From Myxococcota bacterium (lineage in GTDB: Bacteria > Myxococcota_A > UBA9160 > JAFDDA01), in the NCBI GenBank assembly GCA_965228475.1, contig OZ245817.1, positions 3,616,001 through 3,680,000 of the forward strand: a DNA stretch of 64,000 nt, in the 5' to 3' direction. A model generated the notes under the pieces. That model searched no databases. It saw only the letters and a list, made by a program, of their open reading frames with translations, and was not told the origin of the DNA. A program made the translations under genes and the position numbers. Positions 17,566-26,357 of the stretch are shown here, in pieces (within the stretch, counting starts at the first letter, position 1; each line of letters begins with the position of its first letter).

Positions 17566-20500
17566 GCCACGAGGTCCCCCATCTCGCGCAGGGTCTCGAC
17601 CACGTCTTCGGGCAGAACGGGCGGCTCCTTCCCGAGGTTCCAGGAGCCGAGCATCAGCTGCGCGGAGCGGTCGATGATCTCGACCATGTCGGCCGCCCGG
17701 CGGAGCGTCCGCCCGCCGACGAGGAGGCCGTGGTTCTTCATCAAGACGGCCCAGCCCTCGCCGATGCCCTCGCCGATCGCGTCGGCCAGCGCGCGGGTGC
17801 CGGGCATGATGAACGGGATCCTCGGAATGTTCCCGAAGAAGGCGGCCTCCGTGGAGACCGGAAGGAACGGCAGGTCGGCGTTCGCGAGGATCGTCGCGTG
17901 GGGGGCGTGGGCGTGGACCACGGCCGTGGCCTCGGCCTTCGCGCGGTAGACCGCGCAGTGCATCATCCACTCGCTCGAGGGCGAAAGGCTCCCCTCGAGG
18001 CGCTTCCCGTCGAGGTCGATGCGGACCAGCAGCTCGGGGCGGAGGTCGCCCTTGAAGAGCTGGCTCGGGGTGATCCAGATCTCGTCCTCGCGCTCGGGGA
18101 CCCGGACCGAAACGTTGCCGCCGGTCGCGGTGATCAGTTCCTGGGCGTAGAGCTCCTCGACCCGGGCCAGGAGTTCGTGACGCACGTCGCTCGCACCGAC
18201 CGAAGTCACGAGCGCCGGTGCTCCGCCGCTGGCCTCCGGATCCGGCAGGCTCGCGAGGTCACCGGGGTCACCGCGTTCCGCCCGGGCCGCCTGGTAGATG
18301 CGCGACAGGTCGGACTGGATCTGCTGCAGCGTCATCGCCTTGGCCGTGTCGCCGCTGAAGGAGAGCCCTCCGTTCATGGCGGCCTGCATCGGGTTGACGC
18401 GGCCCGTGAACATCCCGTCGAGGACGTCGGCGCGCATGCGCAGCTCGACCTCCGGCGCTTCGGGGGGCGCGGTCATCGCCCCCGAGACCGTCCCCGCCCG
18501 CAGCGAGAAATGGAACTCGATCGGGAGATCGTTCAGCAGGAAGTGGAGCGTCACGTCCTTGTCGCGCGAGAACTCGGCCAGCCCGCCATCCGCAGCGATC
18601 CCCGAAACGAAGGCTTCCACCACCGAGGACATCGCGGAGGCGATCTCCGGAGACGCCGCCTCGCTCGCTGCCGCCGCCGCTGCCGGTTCGCCCGCCTCGG
18701 CCGGCTTCTCCTTCGCCCCCTTCCGACGACCTTTCTCGAGGTCCGTCACGGCGGGCCCCGGGCGCGCGGCGAGCTCCTCGAGCGCTTCGGGAGACAGCTC
18801 GGGGCGCGGACGGTCGAGCCGGAAGGCCTCCGCCGCACGGGGGTTCAGCGCGTAGCGCGGCGCCTCGCCCCGCAGCAGACGGGCGAGGTCCTCGGCGATG
18901 ATCCGGCCCTGGTGCGCTTCCACCTCCTCGGTGTTCCCGCCGACGTGAGGGGTGGCGACGACGTTCTCGAAGCCGAGCAGCGGGTGGTCGTGCCCCGGCG
19001 GCTCGACGGGGAAGACGTCGGTGGCGGCGCCCCCGAGCTGGCCGTGCGCCAGCGCTTCGACGAGCGCCGCCTCGTCCACGAGCGCCGCCCGCGCGGAGTT
19101 CACGAGGCAGGCGCCGGGCTTCATGCGCGCGATCTCCGCGCGCCCGATCAAGCCCTCGGTCTCCGGCGTCACCGGCGCGTGGAGACTCACGAAGTCCGAC
19201 TCCGCGAGCAGGAGGTCGAGACCCACGGGCTCGGCCCCGGCCCGGACGATCGCTTCCTCGGGCAGGAAGGGGTCGAAGACGACCACCCGCGCGCCGAAGC
19301 CCGCGAGGCGTTTCGCGACCCCGCGGCCGACGGCACCGAGACCGACCAGCCCCACCGTCTTCTGCCAGAGCTCGCGCCCCCGCAGCGACTGGAACGCCTG
19401 CCCCATCTTCCCCATGTCGCCGGCCTGCACGGAGGGGTCGCGCAGGAATCGATCCGCCGCCACGAGCTTGCGCGCGAGCAGGAGGAGGTAGGCGACCGCC
19501 AGATCCGCGACGGCGTCGGCGTTGCGCCCCGGTGCATTCAAGACGGGGATCCCGAGCGCCGTCGCCGCTTCGAGATCCACGTTCACCGCATCCCCGCGAC
19601 ACGACGCGACGACGCGGAGGTCCGCGGCCCGGGCCATGGCCTGCGCATCGACCACGTCGATCTCCGTCACGAAGACCGCGACCCCCGCCAGGGCGTCGAC
19701 GAGGTCCTGCCCCGTGAGGAGCCGCATGCGCTCGCGGAAGGGCGCGTACTCGACGTCTCCGAGTGCCTCGAGGGCTTCGCGCGACGCCGCGTCGAGGCCC
19801 GCCGTCACCAGGATCCGGGGCCGGGGCGAATCGCCCGCCGCCACGGGCGCCTCGTTGCGGCGGGTCATGACCGCGGGCAGCACGGCCTGGAAGGCGAGGT
19901 CGGCGCCCGCGCCGTGCGCCTCGCCCAGGGCGCGCCAGTTCTCCCGGACGGGCGCGTAGAAGGCTGCGCGCTCGGCATCCGGTGCGAGCGTTCGCTCGGG
20001 CTGCGCGTGATGCTCGGCCGCCGCCTCGAGGGAGTCGAAGCATCCGGCGGCGACGCCGGCGCAAAGGGCGGCACCGAGACCCGTCGCCTCGGGCTGCGGC
20101 CCGATCGCCACCTCCCGCCCGAGCACGTCCGCCAGGAGCTGCCCGAAGAACCCGCTGCGCGAGAGGCCGCCCGTCAGCGTGACGGCGCTCCCGGGACGCC
20201 CGCTCGCGCGCTCGAGCTGTTCGACGGTGCCGTGCAGCGCGAAGGCCAGACCCTCCGCGATGGACCGTGCGAGACCTCCGCGCCCCGCCGTTTCGTCGGC
20301 GGCGAGATGGCTCAGGGTGAGATCGCCGAGCGGGAGGGCGAGCGAACGCGCGTCCCCGATCTGTGCGCCGAAGGTCGAGCGGAAGCCATGGGCGCCGGGC
20401 GGAGCCGCGGCGGCCTCGGCGAGCAGACGCGCGGCGGGCTGCGGTGCGTCGGGCGCGAGCAGGCGTCCGATCCAATCGAGGGCCTCGCCGGCCGGCCCGG

Positions 20501-21401
20501 CGTTGCTCTCGGCGACCCAGCGGCCCGACACCAGATGGTGTCCACGCCACAGGCGTCCTTCGGCGTCGCGGGGCACCTCGTCGAAGACCTGCATCACGGG
20601 AAGCGTGCTCCCGGCCACGGCCCCGACGTCCGCGGGGGCGAGGACGCCGGCACCGAGCAGGGCGCACTGGGTGTCGCCGCCGCCGAGCGCCACGGGCGTT
20701 CCGGGACGCAGGCCGAACGCTTCCGCCGCCTCGGCGGTGAGACCGCCCAGCCGGTCGCCGGCGCGGCCCAGCTTCGGGAAGGCCGCCGCCGGAAGGCCGA
20801 GCCGGTCGATCCACTCCCAGGCCCACTCGCCCTTGCGAAGATCGAAGACCATCGTGCAGCCGGCCTGGCTCGGCTCGGCGGCGATCTCGCCACAGAGCCG
20901 GAAGGCGAGCCATTCGTCGAGCGAGAGGACGTGGGCGACCCGGGCGAAGGCTTCGGGCTCGTTGCTCGCGAGATGCATGATGCGAGCCGCCGGCATGAAT
21001 GGGGCCGGCCAGTGGCCCGTGGCCGCGGCGATCTCCGCACCGTCGGAGGCGGCCAACCCGATCGCCTCCCCGGCGGCGCGCGCGTCCCGATTGGACGCCG
21101 CCTGCACAGCAGTGCCATCGGCCGCGAGCAGGACGCTCGAGAAGCGCATGGCACTCGCGGCGACGCCGGCCACCTGTTCGGGCCGCGCATCGGCGCGCCC
21201 GAGGGCGTCCCGGGTGGCCTCCCCGAGCTTTCGCCACAGCGCGGGAAGGTCGACGTCGCTCCCGGTCCCGCCCGTCCCGGGCGCCGCGGCGTGGACGAGC
21301 CCACGCGACGCCCCGAAGACCGCTCCGCTCTCAGCGTCGACGAGCCGAGCGCGGGCGCCGCCGCCGCCGATGTCGAAGCCGAGCAGGTAGGTGGCGCTCA
21401 C
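17562..21401 (-). CDS. Four-domain fusion: FGGY kinase + D-2-hydroxyacid dehydrogenase + SCP2 + class II aldolase (1279 aa)
   Basis: FGGY: GFDIG, GGGDTQCA, TGGLSRS..QLLADVLG, EATGLGAA. Dehydrogenase: GLVGLGAVG, NSARAALVD, DVFPVEP, TPHVGG. SCP2: MFTGRVNPMQAAMNGGLSFSGD. Aldolase: TGGNVSVR, SSEWMMH, VHAH, KNHG. No internal stop. Confidence 0.9.
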   Translation of the reverse strand: MSATYLLGFDIGGGGARARLVDAESGAVFGASRGLVHAAAPGTGGTGSDVDLPALWRKLGEATRDALGRADARPEQVAGVAASAMRFSSVLLAADGTAVQAASNRDARAAGEAIGLAASDGAEIAAATGHWPAPFMPAARIMHLASNEPEAFARVAHVLSLDEWLAFRLCGEIAAEPSQAGCTMVFDLRKGEWAWEWIDRLGLPAAAFPKLGRAGDRLGGLTAEAAEAFGLRPGTPVALGGGDTQCALLGAGVLAPADVGAVAGSTLPVMQVFDEVPRDAEGRLWRGHHLVSGRWVAESNAGPAGEALDWIGRLLAPDAPQPAARLLAEAAAAPPGAHGFRSTFGAQIGDARSLALPLGDLTLSHLAADETAGRGGLARSIAEGLAFALHGTVEQLERASGRPGSAVTLTGGLSRSGFFGQLLADVLGREVAIGPQPEATGLGAALCAGVAAGCFDSLEAAAEHHAQPERTLAPDAERAAFYAPVRENWRALGEAHGAGADLAFQAVLPAVMTRRNEAPVAAGDSPRPRILVTAGLDAASREALEALGDVEYAPFRERMRLLTGQDLVDALAGVAVFVTEIDVVDAQAMARAADLRVVASCRGDAVNVDLEAATALGIPVLNAPGRNADAVADLAVAYLLLLARKLVAADRFLRDPSVQAGDMGKMGQAFQSLRGRELWQKTVGLVGLGAVGRGVAKRLAGFGARVVVFDPFLPEEAIVRAGAEPVGLDLLLAESDFVSLHAPVTPETEGLIGRAEIARMKPGACLVNSARAALVDEAALVEALAHGQLGGAATDVFPVEPPGHDHPLLGFENVVATPHVGGNTEEVEAHQGRIIAEDLARLLRGEAPRYALNPRAAEAFRLDRPRPELSPEALEELAARPGPAVTDLEKGRRKGAKEKPAEAGEPAAAAAASEAASPEIASAMSSVVEAFVSGIAADGGLAEFSRDKDVTLHFLLNDLPIEFHFSLRAGTVSGAMTAPPEAPEVELRMRADVLDGMFTGRVNPMQAAMNGGLSFSGDTAKAMTLQQIQSDLSRIYQAARAERGDPGDLASLPDPEASGGAPALVTSVGASDVRHELLARVEELYAQELITATGGNVSVRVPEREDEIWITPSQLFKGDLRPELLVRIDLDGKRLEGSLSPSSEWMMHCAVYRAKAEATAVVHAHAPHATILANADLPFLPVSTEAAFFGNIPRIPFIMPGTRALADAIGEGIGEGWAVLMKNHGLLVGGRTLRRAADMVEIIDRSAQLMLGSWNLGKEPPVLPEDVVETLREMGDLVA

Positions 21402-22687
21402 GCGCGGGCGGCCGTCGGCTCGAAGGTCACCGGAAGCGCCTTGGGGGCCCGGAAGATCATGCCCGTGATGTGGACGTCCTCGGCGGCCGGATCGAGCGCG
21501 AGCCCGGGCAGCCGATCGAGCACCGCGTTCACGACGGTCTCGGTCTCGGCCTTCGCCAGATGCATGCCGAGGCAGCGGTGGGGGCCGAAGGCGAAGGCCA
21601 TGTTGGTCTTCGTCTCCCGGAAGAGGTCGAACTCCCCGGGCCGGTCGTAGCGGTCCGCATCGCGGTTGGCGGCGCCGAGGTTGACGCTGACCGTGGAGCC
21701 GGCGGGAATCTCGACGCCCGCGACCTCCGTGTCGCGCGTCGCCGTGCGCATGATTCCGAGCAGCGGGCACTCCCAGCGGAGCCCCTCCTGGACGGCCTGG
21801 GGCAGGAGGGAGCGATCGGCCCGAAGGGCCTCGAGCTGCGCCGGGTTCGAGAGCAGGCCGAACAAGAGGTTGCTCGAGGAGCGGTAGGTCGTCTCCGCCC
21901 CCGCCGGCGCCAGCAGGCGCAGGAAGGCGAAGATCTCGTCGTCGGTCAGGCGCGTGCCTTCGAGCTCGGCGTGGGCCAGCACGCTGATCAGGTCGTCGCG
22001 CGGGTCGCGGCGCCGGTCGGCCAGCACGCGGGCGAAGATCTCCTCGAGGCCGGCGGAGGCCTTGGCGCCCCGCTCGAAATCGATCGAGACGCTGATCAGC
22101 TCCACCGCGAGCCGGTGGAAGTCCGGGAAGTCGCGCGCGGGCAGGCCCATCATCCCGGCGATGACCGCCACCGGGAACGGGAACGTCAACTCGCGCACGA
22201 GATCCGCCGAGCCGCGCGCCGAGAAGCGATCGATCAGCCCGTGCACGACGGGGGCGATCAGGTCCCGCTCCCACGCTTCGATCGCCTTCTTGGTGAAGGC
22301 CTTCTGGATGAGTCCGCGGTAGCGGGAGTGCTCGGGCTCGTCCATCTGCAGGATCGTCCGGCCCATGACCTGGCCCATGGTCTCGGCGTAGCCGGCCGAG
22401 GAGAAGGTCTCCCCGTCGCGCAGCACGTGGGAGACGGCCTCGTGACTCAGCGCGACGTAGATCTCCGAGGACATGCCGGGCGGGAGCTTCACGTCCACGC
22501 CTTCGCCGCCCATGAGTGAGCCGGTCTCGATCTTCACGACGGGCCCCTGGGCCCGGAGCGCGGCGAAGATCGGGTACGGATCGCGCACGTTCCCCATGCC
22601 GGCGGAACGGTTGAACTCGTCGAAGGGGTCGTAGTCCCCGCTGCCGCCGTGAGCGGCGAGCAGTCCGGAAACGAGGTCTTCGCTCAT
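21398..22687 (-). CDS. Cytochrome P450
   Basis: MDEPEH, LAPAGAETT, EGLRWE, heme motif FAFGPHRCLG; ATG 22687 overlaps the tetR stop. Confidence 0.95.
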   Translation of the reverse strand: MSEDLVSGLLAAHGGSGDYDPFDEFNRSAGMGNVRDPYPIFAALRAQGPVVKIETGSLMGGEGVDVKLPPGMSSEIYVALSHEAVSHVLRDGETFSSAGYAETMGQVMGRTILQMDEPEHSRYRGLIQKAFTKKAIEAWERDLIAPVVHGLIDRFSARGSADLVRELTFPFPVAVIAGMMGLPARDFPDFHRLAVELISVSIDFERGAKASAGLEEIFARVLADRRRDPRDDLISVLAHAELEGTRLTDDEIFAFLRLLAPAGAETTYRSSSNLLFGLLSNPAQLEALRADRSLLPQAVQEGLRWECPLLGIMRTATRDTEVAGVEIPAGSTVSVNLGAANRDADRYDRPGEFDLFRETKTNMAFAFGPHRCLGMHLAKAETETVVNAVLDRLPGLALDPAAEDVHITGMIFRAPKALPVTFEPTAARA

Positions 22688-23352
22688 GGAGTCCTCCTCG
22701 GCGCCGCGGGGGCGTCGCCGTTGGTCCCAAGCAGCCGGTGGGTGATGCGGAGGACCTCGGCGCGGTGGGCGTCGAGGTGTTCCTTCGCGAGGGGATCGAA
22801 GTCGAGGGCGGGGAAGAGCGTCGGGATCGCGGAAACGAAGAAGACGGTCGCGCCCGCGATCGTCGCCGCGAGATGGGCCGGGTCGATCGGCGTGCGGATG
22901 CCGCCGTCCTCGCTCGCGCGGGACTCCTCGATCGCCCGCTTCGCGAGTTCGACGAAGGGTCCGGTGTGGCGCAGGATCACCGGGCCGTCGGTACCGGTCG
23001 CGCCGGCGATCTCGCGCAGCAGCAGCCGCGCGAAGGTGGGGCGGCGCCCGACGAAGTCGACCCAGGCGGAGATCGCCAGGTCGACGCGTTCCGCCATCGG
23101 CCCCTTGCTGGAGAGCGGCGGGGCGACCTCCTGGTAGAGGCCGTCGAGCACGTGCGCGATCACGGCGTCGTAGAGCGCCGGCTTGTCGCGGAAGTAGTAG
23201 ACGATGGACGCGCGGCGGATGCCGACGCGGGCCGCGACGTCCTCGAGCCGCGTCGCGGCGAACCCGTTCTCTGCGAACAGGACCTCGGCGGCTTCGACGA
23301 TCGCCGCCCGGGTCCGCTCCGCCTTGGCGGTCGTCTTCCGGCCTTCGCTCAT
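22684..23352 (-). CDS. TetR/AcrR family regulator
   Basis: AIVEAAEVLFAENGFAATRLEDVAARVGIRRASIVYYFRDK. Confidence 0.95.
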   Translation of the reverse strand: MSEGRKTTAKAERTRAAIVEAAEVLFAENGFAATRLEDVAARVGIRRASIVYYFRDKPALYDAVIAHVLDGLYQEVAPPLSSKGPMAERVDLAISAWVDFVGRRPTFARLLLREIAGATGTDGPVILRHTGPFVELAKRAIEESRASEDGGIRTPIDPAHLAATIAGATVFFVSAIPTLFPALDFDPLAKEHLDAHRAEVLRITHRLLGTNGDAPAAPRRTP

Positions 23353-23359
23353 CGGGCCT

Positions 23360-23381
23360 TTCTACCTGCATGCAGGCAGAA
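23360..23381. promoter_or_regulatory. Near-perfect palindrome, candidate autoregulatory TetR operator
   Basis: TTCTACCTGCATGCAGGCAGAA, 7 bp from the tetR ATG; overlaps the RBS and abuts a minus-strand TGTAAT -10-like hexamer. Confidence 0.7.
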
Positions 23382-23419
23382 TTACAATCGCGAATTCCCG
23401 GGCGGGGCGAGGCGCGCGG

Positions 23420-24628
23420 CTAGCGGGTCAGGAGGATCGCGCTGGCCAGGGGCCCGCCGCCGGCGGCCGCGACGGCGACCTGGGGCGTCGGCGCGACCTG
23501 CCGCTCGCCGCCCTCGCCCCAGAGCTGGACGCAGGCCTCGTGCAGGAAGCCGTAGCCGTGGAGGCGGCCCGCCGACAGCTGGCCGCCCTGGGTGTTCAGG
23601 GGGATCTCGCCGTCGCGCGCGATGCGCGTGCCGCCTTCGAGGAAGGGGCCGCCCTCCCCTTTTCCGCAGAAGCCGAGGGCTTCGAGCCAGGCCAGGGTGA
23701 TGAAGCTGAAGCCGTCGTAGAGCTCGGCGACGTCGACGTCCGCCGGCCGGAGGTCCGTCCGCTCCCAGAGCATGGCGGAGGCGTCGCGCAGGGCCATGGT
23801 CGTCAGGTCGTCCCACTGGTCCCAGGACGGACGCCCGTGGATGGCGGTGCCGACGGCCTCGACGCCGATCGCCGGCCGGCGGAGGTCCCCTGCCCTGTCC
23901 TTCCGCGAGACGATCACCGCCGTCGCGCCGTCGCACGGGACGTCGCAGTCGAACAGGCCGAGCGGGGTCGAGATCATGCGCGCGCCGAGGTAGTCGTCGA
24001 GACTCATCGGCTCGCGGTAGATCGCCGCCGGGTTGAGGGCGGCGTTCTTGCGCGCGTTGATCGCGATCTGCCCGAGCTGCTCGCGCGTGGTGCCGTACTC
24101 GTGGAAGTGTCGCTGGGCGCACAGGGCGATCCAGTTCGCGGCCGAGTAGGCGCGGAAGGGCAGCGACCACTCCATCGCTCCCGAGGGCCGGAAGCCGCGG
24201 CCGCCACCGCCGCCCGAAGGCAGGCCGATCCCCGAGCGGCCGCCCTTGCCCTGGGCCGTCGCCTCCCACACCGAGCGGAAGCACAGCACGTGGTTCGCGA
24301 GCCCGCCGGCCACCGCCATGCACGCGTTCACGACCGACCCGAGCTGGCCCGGCATCTCGAGGCCGCCCGTGTACCAGCGCAGGGAGAGCCGCAGCGCATC
24401 GTGGACCTCGGCCACGCCCGCCCCGGTGAAGCCCGGCGCACCACCCATGGCCCCGGGGTACGTCGCGATCCCGTCGACGTCCTCGCGGGTGAGGCCGGCG
24501 TCCTCGATGGCCGCGACGCAGGCGTCGAGCGTCAGGTCGAGGGGGTCGCGGTCGATCCGGCGGCCGATCTGCGACTGGCCGATCCCCGTGATGCAGGCCT
24601 TGCGCTCGGCGATTTCGCTCGCCGTCAC
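23420..24628 (-). CDS. Thiolase-fold protein, Ltp2-like aldolase type
   Basis: FDCDVPCDGA, AELYDGF, NTQGGQLSAGRLHG; lacks the canonical nucleophilic Cys motif; coupled to DUF35. Confidence 0.88.
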   Translation of the reverse strand: MTASEIAERKACITGIGQSQIGRRIDRDPLDLTLDACVAAIEDAGLTREDVDGIATYPGAMGGAPGFTGAGVAEVHDALRLSLRWYTGGLEMPGQLGSVVNACMAVAGGLANHVLCFRSVWEATAQGKGGRSGIGLPSGGGGGRGFRPSGAMEWSLPFRAYSAANWIALCAQRHFHEYGTTREQLGQIAINARKNAALNPAAIYREPMSLDDYLGARMISTPLGLFDCDVPCDGATAVIVSRKDRAGDLRRPAIGVEAVGTAIHGRPSWDQWDDLTTMALRDASAMLWERTDLRPADVDVAELYDGFSFITLAWLEALGFCGKGEGGPFLEGGTRIARDGEIPLNTQGGQLSAGRLHGYGFLHEACVQLWGEGGERQVAPTPQVAVAAAGGGPLASAILLTR

Positions 24629-25068
24629 GCGGGCAGGGATCCCGAGCCGGGTTCGGGCTCGAACAGCGGGAACCAGACGTCGTCGTCGTGGGCTTCGAAG
24701 ACGACGCGAACGCGCATCCCGATCGTGACGTCCTCGGGCGCGCAGTGGACGACGTTCGTCATGAGCCGGAGCCCGGGCTGCTCGTCGAGCTCGACGATCG
24801 CCACCACGTAGGGATGGTCCGCCGAGGGGACCCAGGGCTGGTGGTTCAGGGTGAAGGTGTGGACGGTGCCGCGGCCGCTCACGGCTTCCGGCGCCACGTC
24901 CTTCGACCAGCAGGCGCCGCAGCGCGGTGCCGGCGGGTGGATGAACGCTTCGCAGGCCCGGCAGCGCAGGATGCGCAGGACCCCTTCGCGCCCGGAACGC
25001 CAGAAGTGCTCGTTGGCGGCGGTCACGCGCGGAAGCAGACGGAACGGGTTCTCGGGGGCCTCGGCCAT
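24625..25068 (-). CDS. Zn-ribbon/OB-fold DUF35 protein
   Basis: RCRAC..PRCGAC, VSGRGTVHTFT, PYVVAIVELDE, IGMRVRVVF. Confidence 0.92.
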   Translation of the reverse strand: MAEAPENPFRLLPRVTAANEHFWRSGREGVLRILRCRACEAFIHPPAPRCGACWSKDVAPEAVSGRGTVHTFTLNHQPWVPSADHPYVVAIVELDEQPGLRLMTNVVHCAPEDVTIGMRVRVVFEAHDDDVWFPLFEPEPGSGSLPA

Positions 25069-25093
25069 CGGGCCGCAGTCTATCAGGCCGGAC

Positions 25094-26314
25094 CTAGAGC
25101 AGGTCGATCTGCCCGTCGAGGTAGGGGAGATCCATGATCGACTCGTTGCTCGCGCGGCGGCCGGCGGCGAGCTCGGTCACGACCTGGGCGATCGCGGGAT
25201 CCTCCCGGGAGAGCCGTTCGAAGTCGCTGCGCGGGAGCACGAGGGCCCAGCACTTGCCCTCGGCCATGCAGGCCGCGACCGCGGGCTCTCCGGTCACCAT
25301 GGACATCTCGCCGAACACGTCGCCGGGCTCGAGGCGAGCGAGGCGGCGGTCTCCGACCGCGTCCGAGTGGATCACGTCCACGCGGCCGGCGAGCAGCGCG
25401 AAGAGCCCTGGCGAGGGGTGCCCCTGCCGGACGAGCGCGGCGCCGTCCTTCATCTCGACGAAGCGGAAGCGGCGCGCCACCGCGTGGCGCTCGGCGCCGG
25501 GCAGCGAGGTGAAGAACGGGCTCGTGCGGACGAGGCGGTCGATCAGGCGATCGCGCACGTAGCCGAGCACGACCTCGAGCACCTTCGGCTCGGCGCGCAT
25601 CAGATCCGAGAGCAGACGGCGGTCCACCGCGAGGAGCTTCGTATCGACGAGGGCCTCGATGGTGGCGCTGCGCGGCCGTTCGGTGAGGAGCGAGATCTCT
25701 CCGAAGAAGTCTCCTTCTTCGAGCACCGCGAGCTTCTTGCGCGGCTCGCCTTCGGCCACGGGGACGACGGCGCCCTCGGCGATCACGTAGAGCGTGTCGC
25801 CCGGGTCGCCCTGGTGGAAGAGCTCGTGGTCCGCGGCGAGCTCCACGAGGCGCGCCCCGTCGATCAGGCGGCGCAGGCTCGCGCTGTCGAGACTCTCGAA
25901 GAGCGGGGTGCGCGGGAGCGTGTCGCGCGCCCAGCGGCGCGCGTCGTCGCCGCTCGTCTCCTTCCAGTCGAGCTCGATCTCGACCATCGGCTGGGCGGTC
26001 ATCTCGTTGTCGAGGGAGAGCGCCGGGGCCTCTTCCATGACGTCCTCGAGCACGAGTTCGTCGAGGGGGGCACCCTTCTCGAGCTCCACCGGCGGCCGCT
26101 CGGGAACCGGCGTCTCGTCGGCGTGAAGCTTCTCGCAGAGCGCCTCGATGCGTTCCTTCGTCCCCGGGTGATCGGGGTCGACCAGGAGGATCCGCTTGCA
26201 GGCGGCGATCGCCTTCAGCGGGGAGTTCTCCCGCTCGTGCCGTTTCACCGCCCGTTCGAGCGTCTTGATGCGGGCGGCGTCGTCGCGAACCGGAAGCGGA
26301 GTCGGGTCACTCAT
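25094..26314 (-). CDS. Tandem cyclic-nucleotide-binding domain protein
   Basis: FHQGDPGDTLYVI..GDFFGEISLL..PRSATI and a second domain GDVFGEMSM; N-terminal TPR-like helix pair; no HTH. Confidence 0.88.
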   Translation of the reverse strand: MSDPTPLPVRDDAARIKTLERAVKRHERENSPLKAIAACKRILLVDPDHPGTKERIEALCEKLHADETPVPERPPVELEKGAPLDELVLEDVMEEAPALSLDNEMTAQPMVEIELDWKETSGDDARRWARDTLPRTPLFESLDSASLRRLIDGARLVELAADHELFHQGDPGDTLYVIAEGAVVPVAEGEPRKKLAVLEEGDFFGEISLLTERPRSATIEALVDTKLLAVDRRLLSDLMRAEPKVLEVVLGYVRDRLIDRLVRTSPFFTSLPGAERHAVARRFRFVEMKDGAALVRQGHPSPGLFALLAGRVDVIHSDAVGDRRLARLEPGDVFGEMSMVTGEPAVAACMAEGKCWALVLPRSDFERLSREDPAIAQVVTELAAGRRASNESIMDLPYLDGQIDLL

Positions 26315-26357
26315 CGCCCTTCGTTATCGGCCACCTCGGGCTCGCCTTGACGCGCGC

